From assembly GCA_963666975.2 (NCBI GenBank), contig CAXVYR010000004.1:96001-160000 (forward strand): DNA of 64,000 nt, written 5' to 3'. Both the position numbers and the translations under genes were made by a program. This DNA comes from Terriglobia bacterium. GTDB lineage: Bacteria; Acidobacteriota; Terriglobia; 2-12-FULL-54-10. Shown here one piece after another: positions 19,565 through 32,148 of the stretch. Below the pieces are notes generated by a model that saw only the letters and a list, made by a program, of their open reading frames with translations, ran no database searches and was not told where the DNA came from. How positions within the stretch are numbered: position 1 is the first letter of the stretch; every line of letters starts with the position of its first letter.

Positions 19565-21115
19565 TCAGATCGGAAATGAAGCGCGATGCCCGGCCCGATC
19601 CCCGGCGGTTCCTGTCCCCAGCAAAAGGTAAAACACGCTACCGCCTCCCTGCCTGTCCTCCACCCATATAGCTCCCCTGTGAGCCTCTACAATCGTCCGG
19701 CCAATGGCAAGGCCCAACCCCGTGCCCTGCCCGGGGATCAATGTTCCTTGTCTGCCCTGGTGGAACTTTTCAAAGATCTTTCCCTTTTCACCGGCGGGAA
19801 CTCCTGGGCCTGAATCGGAAATGGAAACCAGCGCAAATCCATCACCACTGGCAGCGCCGGCAACCTTGATCCGCCAGCCTTCCGGAAGGTTGTCCGGAAT
19901 CTCCGAAGCAAGCTGCAGGCACACCCCGATGACACCGCCAGGCGGCGAGAACTTCAAAGCATTTCCCAGCAGGTTGGCGATCACCTGGATGATGCGGTCT
20001 CCGTCACAATCCACCATGACGGGTTGTTCCGGAAGCTGCGCCTCCATGCGAAGCTCTTTTTCCCGCAGTTGTGTTTCAAATTCCGCCAAAACGGTCCGGA
20101 GCAAACCGGTGAGATCGTGCCTCCGGATGTCGTACTCCATCACGCCCGCCTCCATGCGAGACACGTCCAGCAGGTTGGCGATCATGGAGGAAAGGCGGCT
20201 TCCGCTTTGCAGATTGAGCTCCAGGAAACGTTTTTGCTTGTCGGTTAATGGACCAGGGATTCGGTCCAGCAACAAACGAACCGTTTCCTGCATGGAGGCC
20301 AGCGGCGTCTTGAACTCGTGAGATACGTGGGAGACGAAGTCCTTCTTCATCTTGTCCATCTCATTCAACCGGCGCGCCATGGCGTTAAAATCTCCGGCGA
20401 GCTGGGCGAACTCGTCGTTTCCCGTCGCGTCCAGTTGATAAAACAACTTTCCTTCCATCACCGCGCGGGTTCCTTCCGTCAGCTGGCCCAGCGGCTCCGA
20501 GATGGAACGAACGATCATCAACGACACCAGCAGGCTCAGCACCAGCGCCGCACCGCCCACTATCCAGGAGACACGCTCGGCTTGCTGCCCTGCCCCGGCA
20601 GACTCGTCGGCCTGCAAATCAATCGCCTGACGCGTTACTCTCACGACGGTCTGTGCCTGGGTTCTGAGTCGGGAGAAATGTTCGATTTGGTCTGAGAGCG
20701 CGACCTCGATTTGCCGTGAGTCGAGCGAGGACATTCCCTGCATCTGGCTCGAAGAGACATCTGAGAACTCATCCCACAGGCGGGAAAGGCGGCTAAGCTC
20801 TTCGCCTTCCCGTAGCGGCAAGCCTAGCGATTGCATCCGACGGAGGGACTGCACAAAAGCGTCCTTCATCTGCTTCACCTGGGAGGCGTATCCCGGATCG
20901 CCTCCCGTGGCGAAGAATTTGCGCGTGAACTCCTCCACCTGATCCAGGTCGCGGAGCAACTGCAGGGAAAGGCTGGCGGCGCGATAGTGAATTCCGGAAA
21001 GGTTCTGATTGATGGCCTGCATCCGGTGAATCGAAGAAACCTGGTAGGAAAGCACTGCGAGGATCAGAACAATGAGAACTCCATACCCGGCAGCGATCTT
21101 GGTGGCGATTTTCAT
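19565..21115 (-). CDS. HAMP-domain sensor histidine kinase
   Basis: Two TM helices, HAMP, H-box FVSHVSHEFKTPL, N-box NLLGNALKF, DSGPG, GTGLGLAI. Confidence 0.93.
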   Translation of the reverse strand: MKIATKIAAGYGVLIVLILAVLSYQVSSIHRMQAINQNLSGIHYRAASLSLQLLRDLDQVEEFTRKFFATGGDPGYASQVKQMKDAFVQSLRRMQSLGLPLREGEELSRLSRLWDEFSDVSSSQMQGMSSLDSRQIEVALSDQIEHFSRLRTQAQTVVRVTRQAIDLQADESAGAGQQAERVSWIVGGAALVLSLLVSLMIVRSISEPLGQLTEGTRAVMEGKLFYQLDATGNDEFAQLAGDFNAMARRLNEMDKMKKDFVSHVSHEFKTPLASMQETVRLLLDRIPGPLTDKQKRFLELNLQSGSRLSSMIANLLDVSRMEAGVMEYDIRRHDLTGLLRTVLAEFETQLREKELRMEAQLPEQPVMVDCDGDRIIQVIANLLGNALKFSPPGGVIGVCLQLASEIPDNLPEGWRIKVAGAASGDGFALVSISDSGPGVPAGEKGKIFEKFHQGRQGTLIPGQGTGLGLAIGRTIVEAHRGAIWVEDRQGGGSVFYLLLGTGTAGDRAGHRASFPI

Positions 21116-21203
21116 TGAATCCGCCAAGCCTCTTGCTGGCGCCAGCCGAAATTTTTGCTGGCAAGAGCGCGGAAGGCGGGGCGCAATGCAGCCGCCTCGC
21201 GAG

Positions 21204-22568
21204 TCAGGCTTTTTTGCCGTAAGACTTCAGCTTATTGCGTATTGTCTTTACATCCAGCCCGAGATGGCGCGCCGCTGCTGCTTTGTTATTTCCTGTTTTT
21301 TCCAGGGTTCGCAAGATCAGCTCTTTTTCAGCCTCGGCGGCATTGGCTCCCGGCGGCACAGTGATTTCCAGCCCCGGATCGTCCGCCGGGTTCCGGACGT
21401 AAGCAGGAAGATGCGACAGTTCGATCCATCTGCCCTTGGACAGTATCACAGCCCTCTCAATGAGATTCCTCAATTCCCGGACGTTGCCCGGCCAAGAGTA
21501 GTTTTGCAGTCTTTCCAGGACTTCCGGGCGGAGGCTTTCCACGCTGCCCTGATGCTTCCGGTTCCCTTCGCGGATGAAATGCCGAACCAATTGGGGGATG
21601 TCTTCCTTGCGTTCACGAAGCAAGGGCAGCGCCACCGTAAAGACATTCAGCCTGTAATAGAGGTCATCTCGAAGGCTGCCTTTCCGGACAGCCTCCCGGG
21701 GTTCCTGGTTCGTCGCCGCAATCACTCGCACATCAAAAGTGCTTTCCTGCCTGCCCCCCAGCCTGCGAACCCGGCCCCCTTCCAAAACCCGGAGGAGCTT
21801 GGCTTGCAGCGCCGTGGACATCTCTGCGATCTCATCCAGAAACAGGGTGCCTCCGCTGGCCATCTCGAAGCATCCGGCCCGGACGCCGATCGCTCCAGTA
21901 AAGGCTCCTTTCTCATGGCCAAAGATTTCGCTCTCCATCAGGCTTTCCGGAATAGCCGCTGCGTTGATCGCAATGAAAGGGCCCCTCGAACGCGCGCTGA
22001 GTTCATGGATGGTGAGGGCCGCAAGCTCCTTTCCGGTGCCGCTGTCTCCCGTAATGAGGGCCGAAGTATCGCTGGGAGCCAGCGTCTGGATCAGGCCGTA
22101 AACCGCTCGCATCCGTTTGCTGGTTCCGACGAAAAGTCCGAAACCCGATTCTTTGTCCTGTGGGGACGGTGGTTTCCCGGATTCCAGCCGTTGGGCGATG
22201 TCTTTCTGGGCAATATCCAGGATCGCCTTTAACTTGGCATAGTCCAGGGGCTTGGTGATGAAGTCCTCTGCTCCTTGCTTCATGGCCTCCACCGCCATGT
22301 CGATGCTCCCCTGCGCGGTGATCAGGATCACCGGGCGGGAGGGATTGCCCGCCTTCAGGGATCGCAACAGCTCCAGCCCGCTCAAGCCCGGCATCACCAC
22401 GTCGGAAACGACGATATCCGGATCGTAGGATTCCGCCCATTGCTTTCCCTCTGCCCCGTCGGAGGCAAGCCGCACGTCGAAGCCCCAGTCCCGGAGACGC
22501 ATCTCCAGCACCTCCCGCATCACCGCCTCATCATCTACGACTAGAATTTTTGTATGCGGGATGGTCAT
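21204..22568 (-). CDS. Sigma-54-dependent (NtrC-family) response regulator
   Basis: Receiver (LVVDDE, SDVVMPG), AAA+ (GDSGTGKE, ESEIFGHEKGAFTGA, WPGNVREL), Fis-type HTH. Confidence 0.95.
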   Translation of the reverse strand: MTIPHTKILVVDDEAVMREVLEMRLRDWGFDVRLASDGAEGKQWAESYDPDIVVSDVVMPGLSGLELLRSLKAGNPSRPVILITAQGSIDMAVEAMKQGAEDFITKPLDYAKLKAILDIAQKDIAQRLESGKPPSPQDKESGFGLFVGTSKRMRAVYGLIQTLAPSDTSALITGDSGTGKELAALTIHELSARSRGPFIAINAAAIPESLMESEIFGHEKGAFTGAIGVRAGCFEMASGGTLFLDEIAEMSTALQAKLLRVLEGGRVRRLGGRQESTFDVRVIAATNQEPREAVRKGSLRDDLYYRLNVFTVALPLLRERKEDIPQLVRHFIREGNRKHQGSVESLRPEVLERLQNYSWPGNVRELRNLIERAVILSKGRWIELSHLPAYVRNPADDPGLEITVPPGANAAEAEKELILRTLEKTGNNKAAAARHLGLDVKTIRNKLKSYGKKA

Positions 22569-22833
22569 AGGCAAATCAGGGGAAAAGCTTCCGGCTTTTA
22601 CGTGCACTCCTATCCCGCCGGCACTTCCACACCGGCCCGGAGCCCTGCACATATTTTATAACAGTTGGGAAATTGCGAAATTGCGGAACAGCCTGTCTTG
22701 CAGGCCAACGGAATGTGCGAAATCTCATCCCACAGTGCTGGGTTCCTGCATGGCTGGATTTCTGCAGCGCCGGGTTCGTACTCAGCCAGGTTCCGGCAGG
22801 GACCGGAAGCGGTGGAGGATGGACCACAGAGCG

Positions 22834-23439
22834 CTAGCCGCCTAACTCGCCCACTTGCCCTCCCCGACTGACCTCTATGTCATCCTCATCTTTATCTTTG
22901 GGAGCATCTTTTTTGGGCTCGTCTGTTTTGGGCTTTTCTTTTTCAGCAAGAGGTTTGGTGGATGCTTTCCCCACCGTGGGCACATCCGCACCCTGGCCGG
23001 CCGCAGCACGCCGGGCAAGCCGGTTGCTCTCAGACAATTTTGCTTCATATCCCCTGGCCGTGCTGTAAACCGTCTTTTGAAAAAATGTAATTACCGTGCT
23101 CCGGAGGCTCTCATCCACTTGCCTGTCCGTAGCACCCAAATAATCCCACAGGTGTCTTTCCGTCAGCATCAAAGCGAGAACAACTTGTCCCAGCGGAATT
23201 CCCTCTGCAAAGCGCACCTTCCCCCTTTCCTCGGCGACACTCTGGATGTGCGCGTCATCTTTTGAAACGAGCCATTGCGCCAAACGCTGAAACTGAGAGT
23301 AGATCCGCTCGAAGAACTCGTCCTCCCCCAAAACACGGTAGTAGCTGGTACCCAGGTTTGCCTTTAACTCGCTATGCAAACCTCCCACCAGTTGCTGCCC
23401 CTCGCGCTCAATTACTCGGACCAGATCTGTGGAATTCAC
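22834..23439 (-). CDS. Hypothetical protein (helical, possibly RsbRD-N/globin-like N-terminus, charged tail)
   Basis: AAAGGAG RBS; RGKVRFAEGIPLGQVV pattern; downstream of mogA. Confidence 0.6.
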   Translation of the reverse strand: MNSTDLVRVIEREGQQLVGGLHSELKANLGTSYYRVLGEDEFFERIYSQFQRLAQWLVSKDDAHIQSVAEERGKVRFAEGIPLGQVVLALMLTERHLWDYLGATDRQVDESLRSTVITFFQKTVYSTARGYEAKLSESNRLARRAAAGQGADVPTVGKASTKPLAEKEKPKTDEPKKDAPKDKDEDDIEVSRGGQVGELGG

Positions 23440-23574
23440 GACCGCTCTCCTTTAGTTTCCTGTCTGCCTCCGGTTCCTGCCCGGCGCTCTGCACTTGCTT
23501 GGAGCCACTATACCCTTGCCTGGAATAACTGTAAATGAAGAAACAATTTTCTAATCAAAGGAAATTGGCGAGGT

Positions 23575-24063
23575 TTAGTGGCCGTTCTTGCCTGTGATCA
23601 AGCCTACGGCATGCGGCAAAACGGCCAGGACAGCTTGGAGAGACTCGACCGCCCCTCGGGGGCTGCCGGGAAGATTTAGAATCAGCGAGTTGCCGCAGAT
23701 TCCCGCCAATGCGCGGGACAGAATAGCAGTCGGCGTGCCTTGAGCACCCTCCTGACGCATCCGCTCCGCCAATCCGGGAATTTCCCGCGAGATCACCTTT
23801 CGGGTCGCCTCCGGAGTGACATCCCTGGGGGAGACTCCGGTTCCGCCGGTGGTGAAAATCCCCTCCAACCCTTTTGAACTCATCTCGCGCAAGGTGGCAG
23901 AGAGGACAGCCTGATCATCCGCGATCACCTGACTATGCACCACCTTCCACCCGCTTTTTTCCAGCAACTCTTTTACGGCAGGACCGGAGCCATCCCTCCG
24001 ATGGCCCTGGAAAACCGAGTCGCTTACGGTCAGGACAGCGGCACGCAACGGCTGGGACATCAT
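23575..24063 (-). CDS. mogA: Molybdopterin adenylyltransferase (MogA/MoaB family)
   Basis: LTVSD, DGSGP, TTGGTGVSPRDVTPEAT, NLPGSP. Confidence 0.88.
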   Translation of the reverse strand: MMSQPLRAAVLTVSDSVFQGHRRDGSGPAVKELLEKSGWKVVHSQVIADDQAVLSATLREMSSKGLEGIFTTGGTGVSPRDVTPEATRKVISREIPGLAERMRQEGAQGTPTAILSRALAGICGNSLILNLPGSPRGAVESLQAVLAVLPHAVGLITGKNGH

Positions 24064-24815
24064 CCCTCCTCGGTGTCGCGCTTTTGTTCGTCCAGCAGCC
24101 GGAGTGCTTCCATCAGCAGGCCCTGCGTAGTGCGCGTGGTGGTTTGTTTATCGGACCGGGAATTAAAGTCGATCTGGAACGTGCCGTCGGTCAATTGGGC
24201 AACCCAGTAGACGGCGTCGTCCCCTTCCATTTTTCCCGACTCAGCGTGGCGAATCTGGCCTTCGGAGAAAAACATCTGGCAGCTCTTGCCGCTGCCTGAG
24301 ATCGTCAGCGCACAGGTTTTCTGGCCCAGCTCCAAGGACTGCAACAAATCGATAATGTTCATCTCTGCCAAGCGCCCGCGGATGACGCCCTCTTGCTGGC
24401 CTTGCTTCTGCATCTTTTCCCAGTAGATCCTCTCCAGCACCTTTTTCGTTCGGGAAGCCAGTTCGTGAACGTAAAAAGGCTTGGCGAAAAACTCCTCGAC
24501 GCTGTCGGCCACGGGTCTAAGTTTTTCGTTGATGTCGGATTTCACCGCCACCAAGATCACACGCACCCCCTTGGTCTCCGTCCGCGCCTTCAGCTTCTGC
24601 ACAAACTCGCCGCCGTTCAATCCCGGCATCCGGTAGTCGCAGATCACCAAGTCGGGAGGGCTTTCCACGCATTGGAGAAGCGCCTCGGTGGCGTCGGTGC
24701 AGGTCTAGATTTCGGCGTGCTGCTCGATGCCCCGCTTCATCAGGTCGAGAATCAGGCGATTGTCATCGACCAGCATGACCCTGCTTGCTTTCGTTGCGGT
24801 TGCTTTCTCTGCCAC
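24060..24815 (-). CDS. Response regulator with DUF4388 (PatA-N-like) domain; in-frame TAG at 24705-24707
   Basis: GTG 24815 gives RVMLVDDN...AEI*TCTDATEAL..PDLVICDYRMPGLNG; C-terminal GRLAEMNIIDLLQSLELGQKT...LLMEALRLLDE. Confidence 0.8.
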
Positions 24816-24824
24816 TGTGTTCCC

Positions 24825-25301
24825 TTACTCTCCGGCGCCCGGCTTGACGTAGTCGCCGCTCTTGCCGCCGGTTTTCTCCAATAAACAAATATCGGTAATT
24901 ACCATCGACTTGTCAATCGCTTTGCACATGTCATAGATGGTCAGGGCGGCCACGCTGACCGCCGTCAAGGCTTCCATTTCAACGCCGGTGGCGGCGTTGG
25001 TGGCCACGCTGGATTCGATCTTCACGCCTCCGGCATCCATCCGGATCTCAACGTCCACGTGAGTGACCGGAAGCGGGTGACAGAGAGGAATCAGCGCCGC
25101 CGTTTGTTTGGCCCCCGCGATCCCGGCGATCCGCGCAATTTCCAGCGGATTGCCCTTGGGGTTTTCCGGCAACTTGCGGAGATGTTCCGGAGCCATCTTT
25201 ACAAAACCTCCCGCGCGGGCCCGCCGTGCTGTGACCCGCTTGGAGGTGACATCCACCATGCGCACCGAACCGTCTTGGTTGAAATGAGAGAGTTCACCCA
25301 T
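24825..25301 (-). CDS. moaC: Cyclic pyranopterin monophosphate synthase
   Basis: LSHF...RMVDV, LIPLCHPL, TGVEMEALT, TIYDMCKA, KTGGKSG. Confidence 0.96.
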   Translation of the reverse strand: MGELSHFNQDGSVRMVDVTSKRVTARRARAGGFVKMAPEHLRKLPENPKGNPLEIARIAGIAGAKQTAALIPLCHPLPVTHVDVEIRMDAGGVKIESSVATNAATGVEMEALTAVSVAALTIYDMCKAIDKSMVITDICLLEKTGGKSGDYVKPGAGE

Positions 25302-25326
25302 CGGATTACCCTTCCTCTCAAGCCAC

Positions 25327-26535
25327 TCAGCGCGGCAGGACAGAGACCCATTCCCCTGCCGGAATCTCCTCCACATTTTCGGGAACGCTCAAGTAGCAGT
25401 TGGAGCGAATCAAGCTAGCCATGTCCCCTGAGCCTTTCCAAGCCACCGGGGACACCACAGGTTCATAGGCGCTGCCATGAAGCATCGCCGGCAAAAAAGC
25501 AGCCAACCCCGGCTTCCGGCGGAAATCCCTCTCCAGCCGTGCCCGCAAAAAAACCAGCGGCGCGGAGGTCTCTCCCGAAAGCAGCGCCAGCGCGGGGCGG
25601 ACAAACAGCTCAAACGTAACCATGGTCGACAATGGATTTCCCGGCAGGCCAAAAAAGAAGGTGCCCTGAACCCGTCCGAAAACCAGCGGCTTGCCCGGCT
25701 GCATGGCAACCCCGTCAAAGTGAATTTCAGCCCCCAATTCAGCGAGAACTTTTTCCACCAAGTCGAACTTGCCCATGGAGACCCCGCCGCTCAGCACCAG
25801 CAGATCAGCCTGCAGGCCTTCTTCTATCATTTTCCTCAGCGGCCCTTCCAGGTCCGGAGCAATTCCTGAAGTCACCGAAATACAGTGGGCGGCAGTCACT
25901 TGCACCTGCAACGAATAGCTGTTGCTGTTGCGAATTTGGAAAGGGCCGGGAGAAACCCCGAGTTCAACGACCTCATCGCCGGTGGGAAGGATGGCTACCC
26001 GAGGCTTTCGGTAAACCGTCACGGTCTCGGCGCCCACGGCGGCAGCCATAGCCGTTTCCGCATAGCCCATGCGGAGGCCCGCCGGCAGTAAAAGGTCGCC
26101 TTGGGTGGCCTCGCTCGCCTGCGGCACCACATTTTCACCGGGAGAGACGCTTCGACCGGGCTCGACCAGCCCGTCCTGCAGGCGCACATGCTCCACCATC
26201 ACCACGGCATCAGCCCCCTCCGGAACGGCGGCGCCCGTCATGATCTCCACGCATTCCATCTCGCAAACGGTTCCAGCAAACTCGCCGCCTGCTTTGATCT
26301 GCCCGCGCAATTTCAGCCGCACCGGCAGCCTGGCCACGTCCGCCGAACGGACCGCAAAGCCGTCACGGGTAGCGCGCCGAAACGGAGGAAAATCCCGGTC
26401 GGCATAGACCGGCTCGGCCAGCACGCGGCCTTGGCTCTGGATGAGCGGCAGCGTCTCCCGGCCGAGATCAACCGCTCCGGAACGCACTCGCTCCAGGACA
26501 GTCGCCCGCGCATCTTGGAACTTCAAAACAGCCAC
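25327..26535 (-). CDS. moeA: Molybdopterin molybdotransferase
   Basis: PPFRRATRDGFAV, IMTGAAVPEGADAVVMVE, TGDEV, SGGVSMG, QPGKP, GLPGNP. Confidence 0.96.
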   Translation of the reverse strand: MAVLKFQDARATVLERVRSGAVDLGRETLPLIQSQGRVLAEPVYADRDFPPFRRATRDGFAVRSADVARLPVRLKLRGQIKAGGEFAGTVCEMECVEIMTGAAVPEGADAVVMVEHVRLQDGLVEPGRSVSPGENVVPQASEATQGDLLLPAGLRMGYAETAMAAAVGAETVTVYRKPRVAILPTGDEVVELGVSPGPFQIRNSNSYSLQVQVTAAHCISVTSGIAPDLEGPLRKMIEEGLQADLLVLSGGVSMGKFDLVEKVLAELGAEIHFDGVAMQPGKPLVFGRVQGTFFFGLPGNPLSTMVTFELFVRPALALLSGETSAPLVFLRARLERDFRRKPGLAAFLPAMLHGSAYEPVVSPVAWKGSGDMASLIRSNCYLSVPENVEEIPAGEWVSVLPR

Positions 26536-26552
26536 AGCCTACCTTCAGTATG

Positions 26553-27926
<1,374 letters not shown>

Positions 27927-28039
27927 CTAAACCCGTTTGGCATAGCACACAATAGGAACCTGAAATGAAAAAAAGAACTCAGGAACGGTTCCACCGGCTG
28001 GCCGGTGGAAATTTTGGGAAAAAAATAAAGAGGCAGTTG

Positions 28040-28369
28040 CTAGAGATACTTCTTCAGAAGATTGGTGAGCTCATCCCGGCTCTTGACGCCGACCACTTGC
28101 TCCTGCACTTCCCCGCCTTTGAAAAGCAGCAATGTGGGAATGCTTCGTATATTGTACCGGCCAGGAGTAGAGCTGTTTTCATCCACGTTCACTTTCCCCA
28201 CCTTGGCCTTGCCTGCATATTCATCTGCTAAAGCTTCCACCGCAGGCGCAATCATCCGGCATGGACCGCACCATGCGGCCCAAAAATCCACCAGGACGGG
28301 CAGGTCTGCTTTCAGCACTTCTTGTTCAAAACTCTGGTCTGTGAACTCCATCACGTTCTTTCCAGCCAT
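28040..28369 (-). CDS. trxA: Thioredoxin
   Basis: VDFWAAWCGPC, SIPTLLLFK. Confidence 0.97.
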   Translation of the reverse strand: MAGKNVMEFTDQSFEQEVLKADLPVLVDFWAAWCGPCRMIAPAVEALADEYAGKAKVGKVNVDENSSTPGRYNIRSIPTLLLFKGGEVQEQVVGVKSRDELTNLLKKYL

Positions 28370-28813
28370 AGGAAAACCTCCCCATCTCTCCGTGTCGTTA
28401 CAACCTTCCAGTTGATTTGATTATCATCGCAGCCGTTTGGATTGAAAAAATTTTCACTCCATTGCCTCCGAGTCTGCCGGTTTCCCGCCGAGGGACTTCT
28501 CTTGGCGAAGCACTGCCACCCGATTCAAGTTATCGAAGCGGCTGGTGAAATGTCAAGTCCACGCCGCTGAATGGCGCGCCGTCGCGGACCTGCGGCGCAG
28601 CGGAAACCCCGCCCGTCCCGCCAGCCTGAACGCTTCGGCGAAGGGGCCGGTCTCTGCCACAGGGTAGCGCTCCCCAGGCGATGTGATATCATTTCCTTCC
28701 CATCCGTTTCGGCAACCGCAGACGCTCTGTTGCCACCATGCACGGCCAGCGCACTCGAAAAGGCGAGCCGGAAAGAAGAGCAGAAAGGGAAGCAAAACAG
28801 GAAAGGCGGTCCC

Positions 28814-30886
28814 GTGGCTGAAAAACTGAGCATGGAATCCAAGCCCTCTACCGAACAGGGCCGGCTGGACGAACTGTGCATCAATACGATTCGCGTCCTG
28901 GCGATGGACGCAGTGGAAAAGGCCAACTCCGGCCATCCTGGCTTGCCCATGGGGGCGGCTGCAATGGCCTATGTGCTGTGGACGCGTTTTCTGCGCCACA
29001 ATCCGGGCCATCCTCAATGGCCGAACCGCGACCGGTTTGTTCTCTCGGCCGGCCACGGCAGCATGCTTCTTTACTCACTGCTGCATCTCACCGGATATGA
29101 CCTTTCCCTGGAAGAACTGAAACAGTTCCGCCAATGGAACAGCCGAACCCCGGGCCACCCCGAGCACGGCTTGATCCCCGGCGTGGAAGCGACCACCGGC
29201 CCGCTGGGACAAGGCTTCGGCAACGGGGTAGGAATGGCGCTAGCGGAGCGCTATCTGGCGGCCACCTTCAACCGTCCGGGACATGCCATTGTGGACCACT
29301 TCACCTATGCACTGGTGAGCGATGGCGACCTGATGGAGGGCGTGGCCTCCGAGGCCGCCTCCCTGGCCGGTCATCTGAAGCTGGGCAAGCTTGTCTATCT
29401 GTACGATGACAACCACATCACCATCGAAGGCGACACCAGCCTGGCGTTTACGGAAAACGTCTCCCAGCGGTTTGAAGCCTACGGATGGCACGTGCAGGAG
29501 ATCGACGGCAATGATCTCCATGCAGTGACCCAAGCCCTGGCCACGGCGCGCGCCGAGATGGACCGCCCTTCCCTTATTCGGGCCCGCACCCACATCGCTC
29601 ACGGAAGCCCCAACAAGCAAGATACGGCCGACGCCCACGGCTCCCCCCTGGGCGCGGAAGAAGTCCGGCTCACCAAAGAAGCTCTGGGGTGGCCGCTGGA
29701 GCCCGCTTTTCATATTCCTCCGGACGCTTTGCATCATTTCCGCGAAGCCGTCAAGCGAGGGCAAGCCGGACAAGCCCAGTGGCAAACCCGTTTTGACGCC
29801 TACGCCTCGGCTTTCCCCGATCTCGCCAAAGAGTGGAACGATACCCTGCAAGGGAAGCTTCCTGTCGGCTGGGAAGAGAGTCTGCCTGCATTTAGTCCCC
29901 AGGAAAAAAGTATGGCCACCCGCCAGGCTTCAGGAAAGGTGCTGAATGCCATAGCCCCCCGCCTGCCTGTTTTAATCGGCGGATCGGCCGACCTGTCCCC
30001 TTCCAACAACACGCATCTGAAAGACTTTGAAGACTCCCATCGTTCGGCGCGGGGAAGAAACTTCCATTTTGGAATCCGCGAGCACGGCATGGGCGCCATC
30101 CTGAACGGCATGGCCCTGCACGGAGGCATCCGGCCCTATGGAGCCACGTTTCTGGTCTTCTCCGACTATATGCGGCCCTCGATCCGATTGGCTGCGCTGA
30201 CAAAATTGCCGGTTATTTTTATCTTCACACACGATAGTATAGGATTGGGAGAGGATGGACCTACGCACCAACCCATCGAACATCTGGCGGCGCTTCGCGC
30301 CATCCCTCATCTGGTCGTACTCCGTCCGGCAGACGCAACGGAAACCGCTGCCGCCTGGCGATTCGCCATGGAGGAATGGACCAGACCGGTGGCGCTGATC
30401 CTTACGCGCCAAAAGCTTCCCGTGTTGGAACGGCCCGCCTCGGGCGATTTCGTTTCCAGAGGAGCGTATGTTCTAGCCGACACAGGAACCAAACCGCTGA
30501 AAGTGATCCTCATCGCCACGGGCTCGGAGGTCAGCCTGGCTCTGGAGGGAAGAACGCTTCTCGAAGCCAAGGGAATTGGCACGCGTGTGGTCAGCATGCC
30601 GTCCTGGGAGCTGTTTGACGAGCAGTCGCAGGCCTATCGCGAAAAAGTCCTGCCTCCTGCGGTGAAGGCGCGGCTGGCCATTGAGGCGGCTTCTCCGTTC
30701 GGCTGGCGGCAATACGCGGGGGATGAAGGTGATATCCTGGGCATCGACGGCTTTGGCGCTTCCGCTCCCGGCCCCGTTGTGATGGAGCATTACAACTTTA
30801 CGGCGGAAAATGTTGCGGCACGCGCCGAAGCTCTTTTGCAACGGCGGAGCCCAAAAACGCCGAGGAAAACCAAGCAGCAGGGTTAA
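28814..30886 (+). CDS. tkt: Transketolase
   Basis: [52 protein letters not shown]. Start set at GTG 28814. Confidence 0.97.
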   Translation: MAEKLSMESKPSTEQGRLDELCINTIRVLAMDAVEKANSGHPGLPMGAAAMAYVLWTRFLRHNPGHPQWPNRDRFVLSAGHGSMLLYSLLHLTGYDLSLEELKQFRQWNSRTPGHPEHGLIPGVEATTGPLGQGFGNGVGMALAERYLAATFNRPGHAIVDHFTYALVSDGDLMEGVASEAASLAGHLKLGKLVYLYDDNHITIEGDTSLAFTENVSQRFEAYGWHVQEIDGNDLHAVTQALATARAEMDRPSLIRARTHIAHGSPNKQDTADAHGSPLGAEEVRLTKEALGWPLEPAFHIPPDALHHFREAVKRGQAGQAQWQTRFDAYASAFPDLAKEWNDTLQGKLPVGWEESLPAFSPQEKSMATRQASGKVLNAIAPRLPVLIGGSADLSPSNNTHLKDFEDSHRSARGRNFHFGIREHGMGAILNGMALHGGIRPYGATFLVFSDYMRPSIRLAALTKLPVIFIFTHDSIGLGEDGPTHQPIEHLAALRAIPHLVVLRPADATETAAAWRFAMEEWTRPVALILTRQKLPVLERPASGDFVSRGAYVLADTGTKPLKVILIATGSEVSLALEGRTLLEAKGIGTRVVSMPSWELFDEQSQAYREKVLPPAVKARLAIEAASPFGWRQYAGDEGDILGIDGFGASAPGPVVMEHYNFTAENVAARAEALLQRRSPKTPRKTKQQG

Positions 30887-30935
30887 CGGTTGCGGAGACT
30901 TCCGGGAAAATTTACCGATTCTGGAGGAGTCGATA

Positions 30936-31400
30936 GTGCGCATCGCCATTGGAGCCGATCACGGCGGATTCGAACTGAAAGCCCCGGTTATTGAACAATT
31001 AAAAACCGCAGGACATATTCCGCTGGACATGGGCACGCATAGTCCGGACCCGGTGGACTATCCCGATATCACCAGGAGCGTAGCGGAGGCCATCCAGCAA
31101 GGAAAGGCCGACCTCGGGATTCTGCTCTGCGGCAGCGGCGTCGGGGCCTCGGTGGCGGCCAACAAGTTCGCGGGAATTCGCGCCGGCCTGTGTCACGATG
31201 CATTTTCCGCGCATCAGGGGCGCGAGGATGACGATGTGAACGTGCTGTGTCTGGGAAGCCGCGTCATCGGCAGGTCTCTGGCGCTGGACTTAGTGAAAAT
31301 CTGGCTGGAGGCCAGCTTCTCGGGGCTGGAACGTCACCAGCGGCGTCTGGATAAAGTGGCTGCGATTGAAAAAGAGAACAAGCTCCTGCCCCAGGGCTGA
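30936..31400 (+). CDS. rpiB: Ribose-5-phosphate isomerase B
   Basis: GGAGGAG RBS; IAIGADHGG, DYPD, CGSGVG, ANK, RHQRR. Confidence 0.95.
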   Translation: MRIAIGADHGGFELKAPVIEQLKTAGHIPLDMGTHSPDPVDYPDITRSVAEAIQQGKADLGILLCGSGVGASVAANKFAGIRAGLCHDAFSAHQGREDDDVNVLCLGSRVIGRSLALDLVKIWLEASFSGLERHQRRLDKVAAIEKENKLLPQG

Positions 31401-31581
31401 CCGGCATCGCCTGCCGGTCCGGAGCCGGCAGCTTGCGGGGATTGCAGTCCGCAGCGGCAGGGCAGCAGCAAGACAGGCTGCTTGCGCCGCCACACAACCT
31501 TTTGCTCTCTCTGTAGACGCCATATAATATCCGCCGGACTAATTCCTTTTTTATAAACCGGGACTGGAGGAAAGGCATCCG

Positions 31582-32148
31582 GTGGCCAAAATAAGCTTTG
31601 CTGCTGCCAAGCAGCGCGCCATCAAACAACGCGCCGCCCGTATCCAACTTCTCTTGATGGATGTGGATGGCGTCTGGACGGACGGCTCACTGTACTACGT
31701 CCCTTCCGTCGGGGGCGCGATGGTCGAGACCAAGGGATTTGACTCGCAGGATGGCATCGGCCTCCGCTGGGCGGTGGATGCCGGCCTCGTCACCGGCATC
31801 ATCAGCGGCAGGCTCTCCCCCGCCGTCCAGGAACGCGGACGAATGCTCGGCTTGAGCTACATCTATCAGGATCACTTGAACAAGCTCGAAATCTACGAGC
31901 AAATTCTCGCGCATGCCCGTCTCACCGATTCTCAAGTCTGCTTTATGGGCGACGACCTGACGGATCTCCCGGTCATGCGGCGAGCCGGCTTAGCTGTGGC
32001 CGTGGCCAACGGCCGTCCGGAGGTAAAAAAGCATGCCCGGTACGTCACGACTGCCCGCGGGGGACGCGGCGCGGTTCGGGAAACAGTGGAATTGCTTTTG
32101 AAGGCACAGAACAAGTGGCGGACGGTTATAGGAAAGTACGGATTATGA
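31582..32148 (+). CDS. kdsC: KDO 8-phosphate phosphatase (HAD family)
   Basis: MDVDGVWTDG, DGIG, IISGR, MGDDLTD, GGRGAVRE. Confidence 0.9.
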   Translation: MAKISFAAAKQRAIKQRAARIQLLLMDVDGVWTDGSLYYVPSVGGAMVETKGFDSQDGIGLRWAVDAGLVTGIISGRLSPAVQERGRMLGLSYIYQDHLNKLEIYEQILAHARLTDSQVCFMGDDLTDLPVMRRAGLAVAVANGRPEVKKHARYVTTARGGRGAVRETVELLLKAQNKWRTVIGKYGL

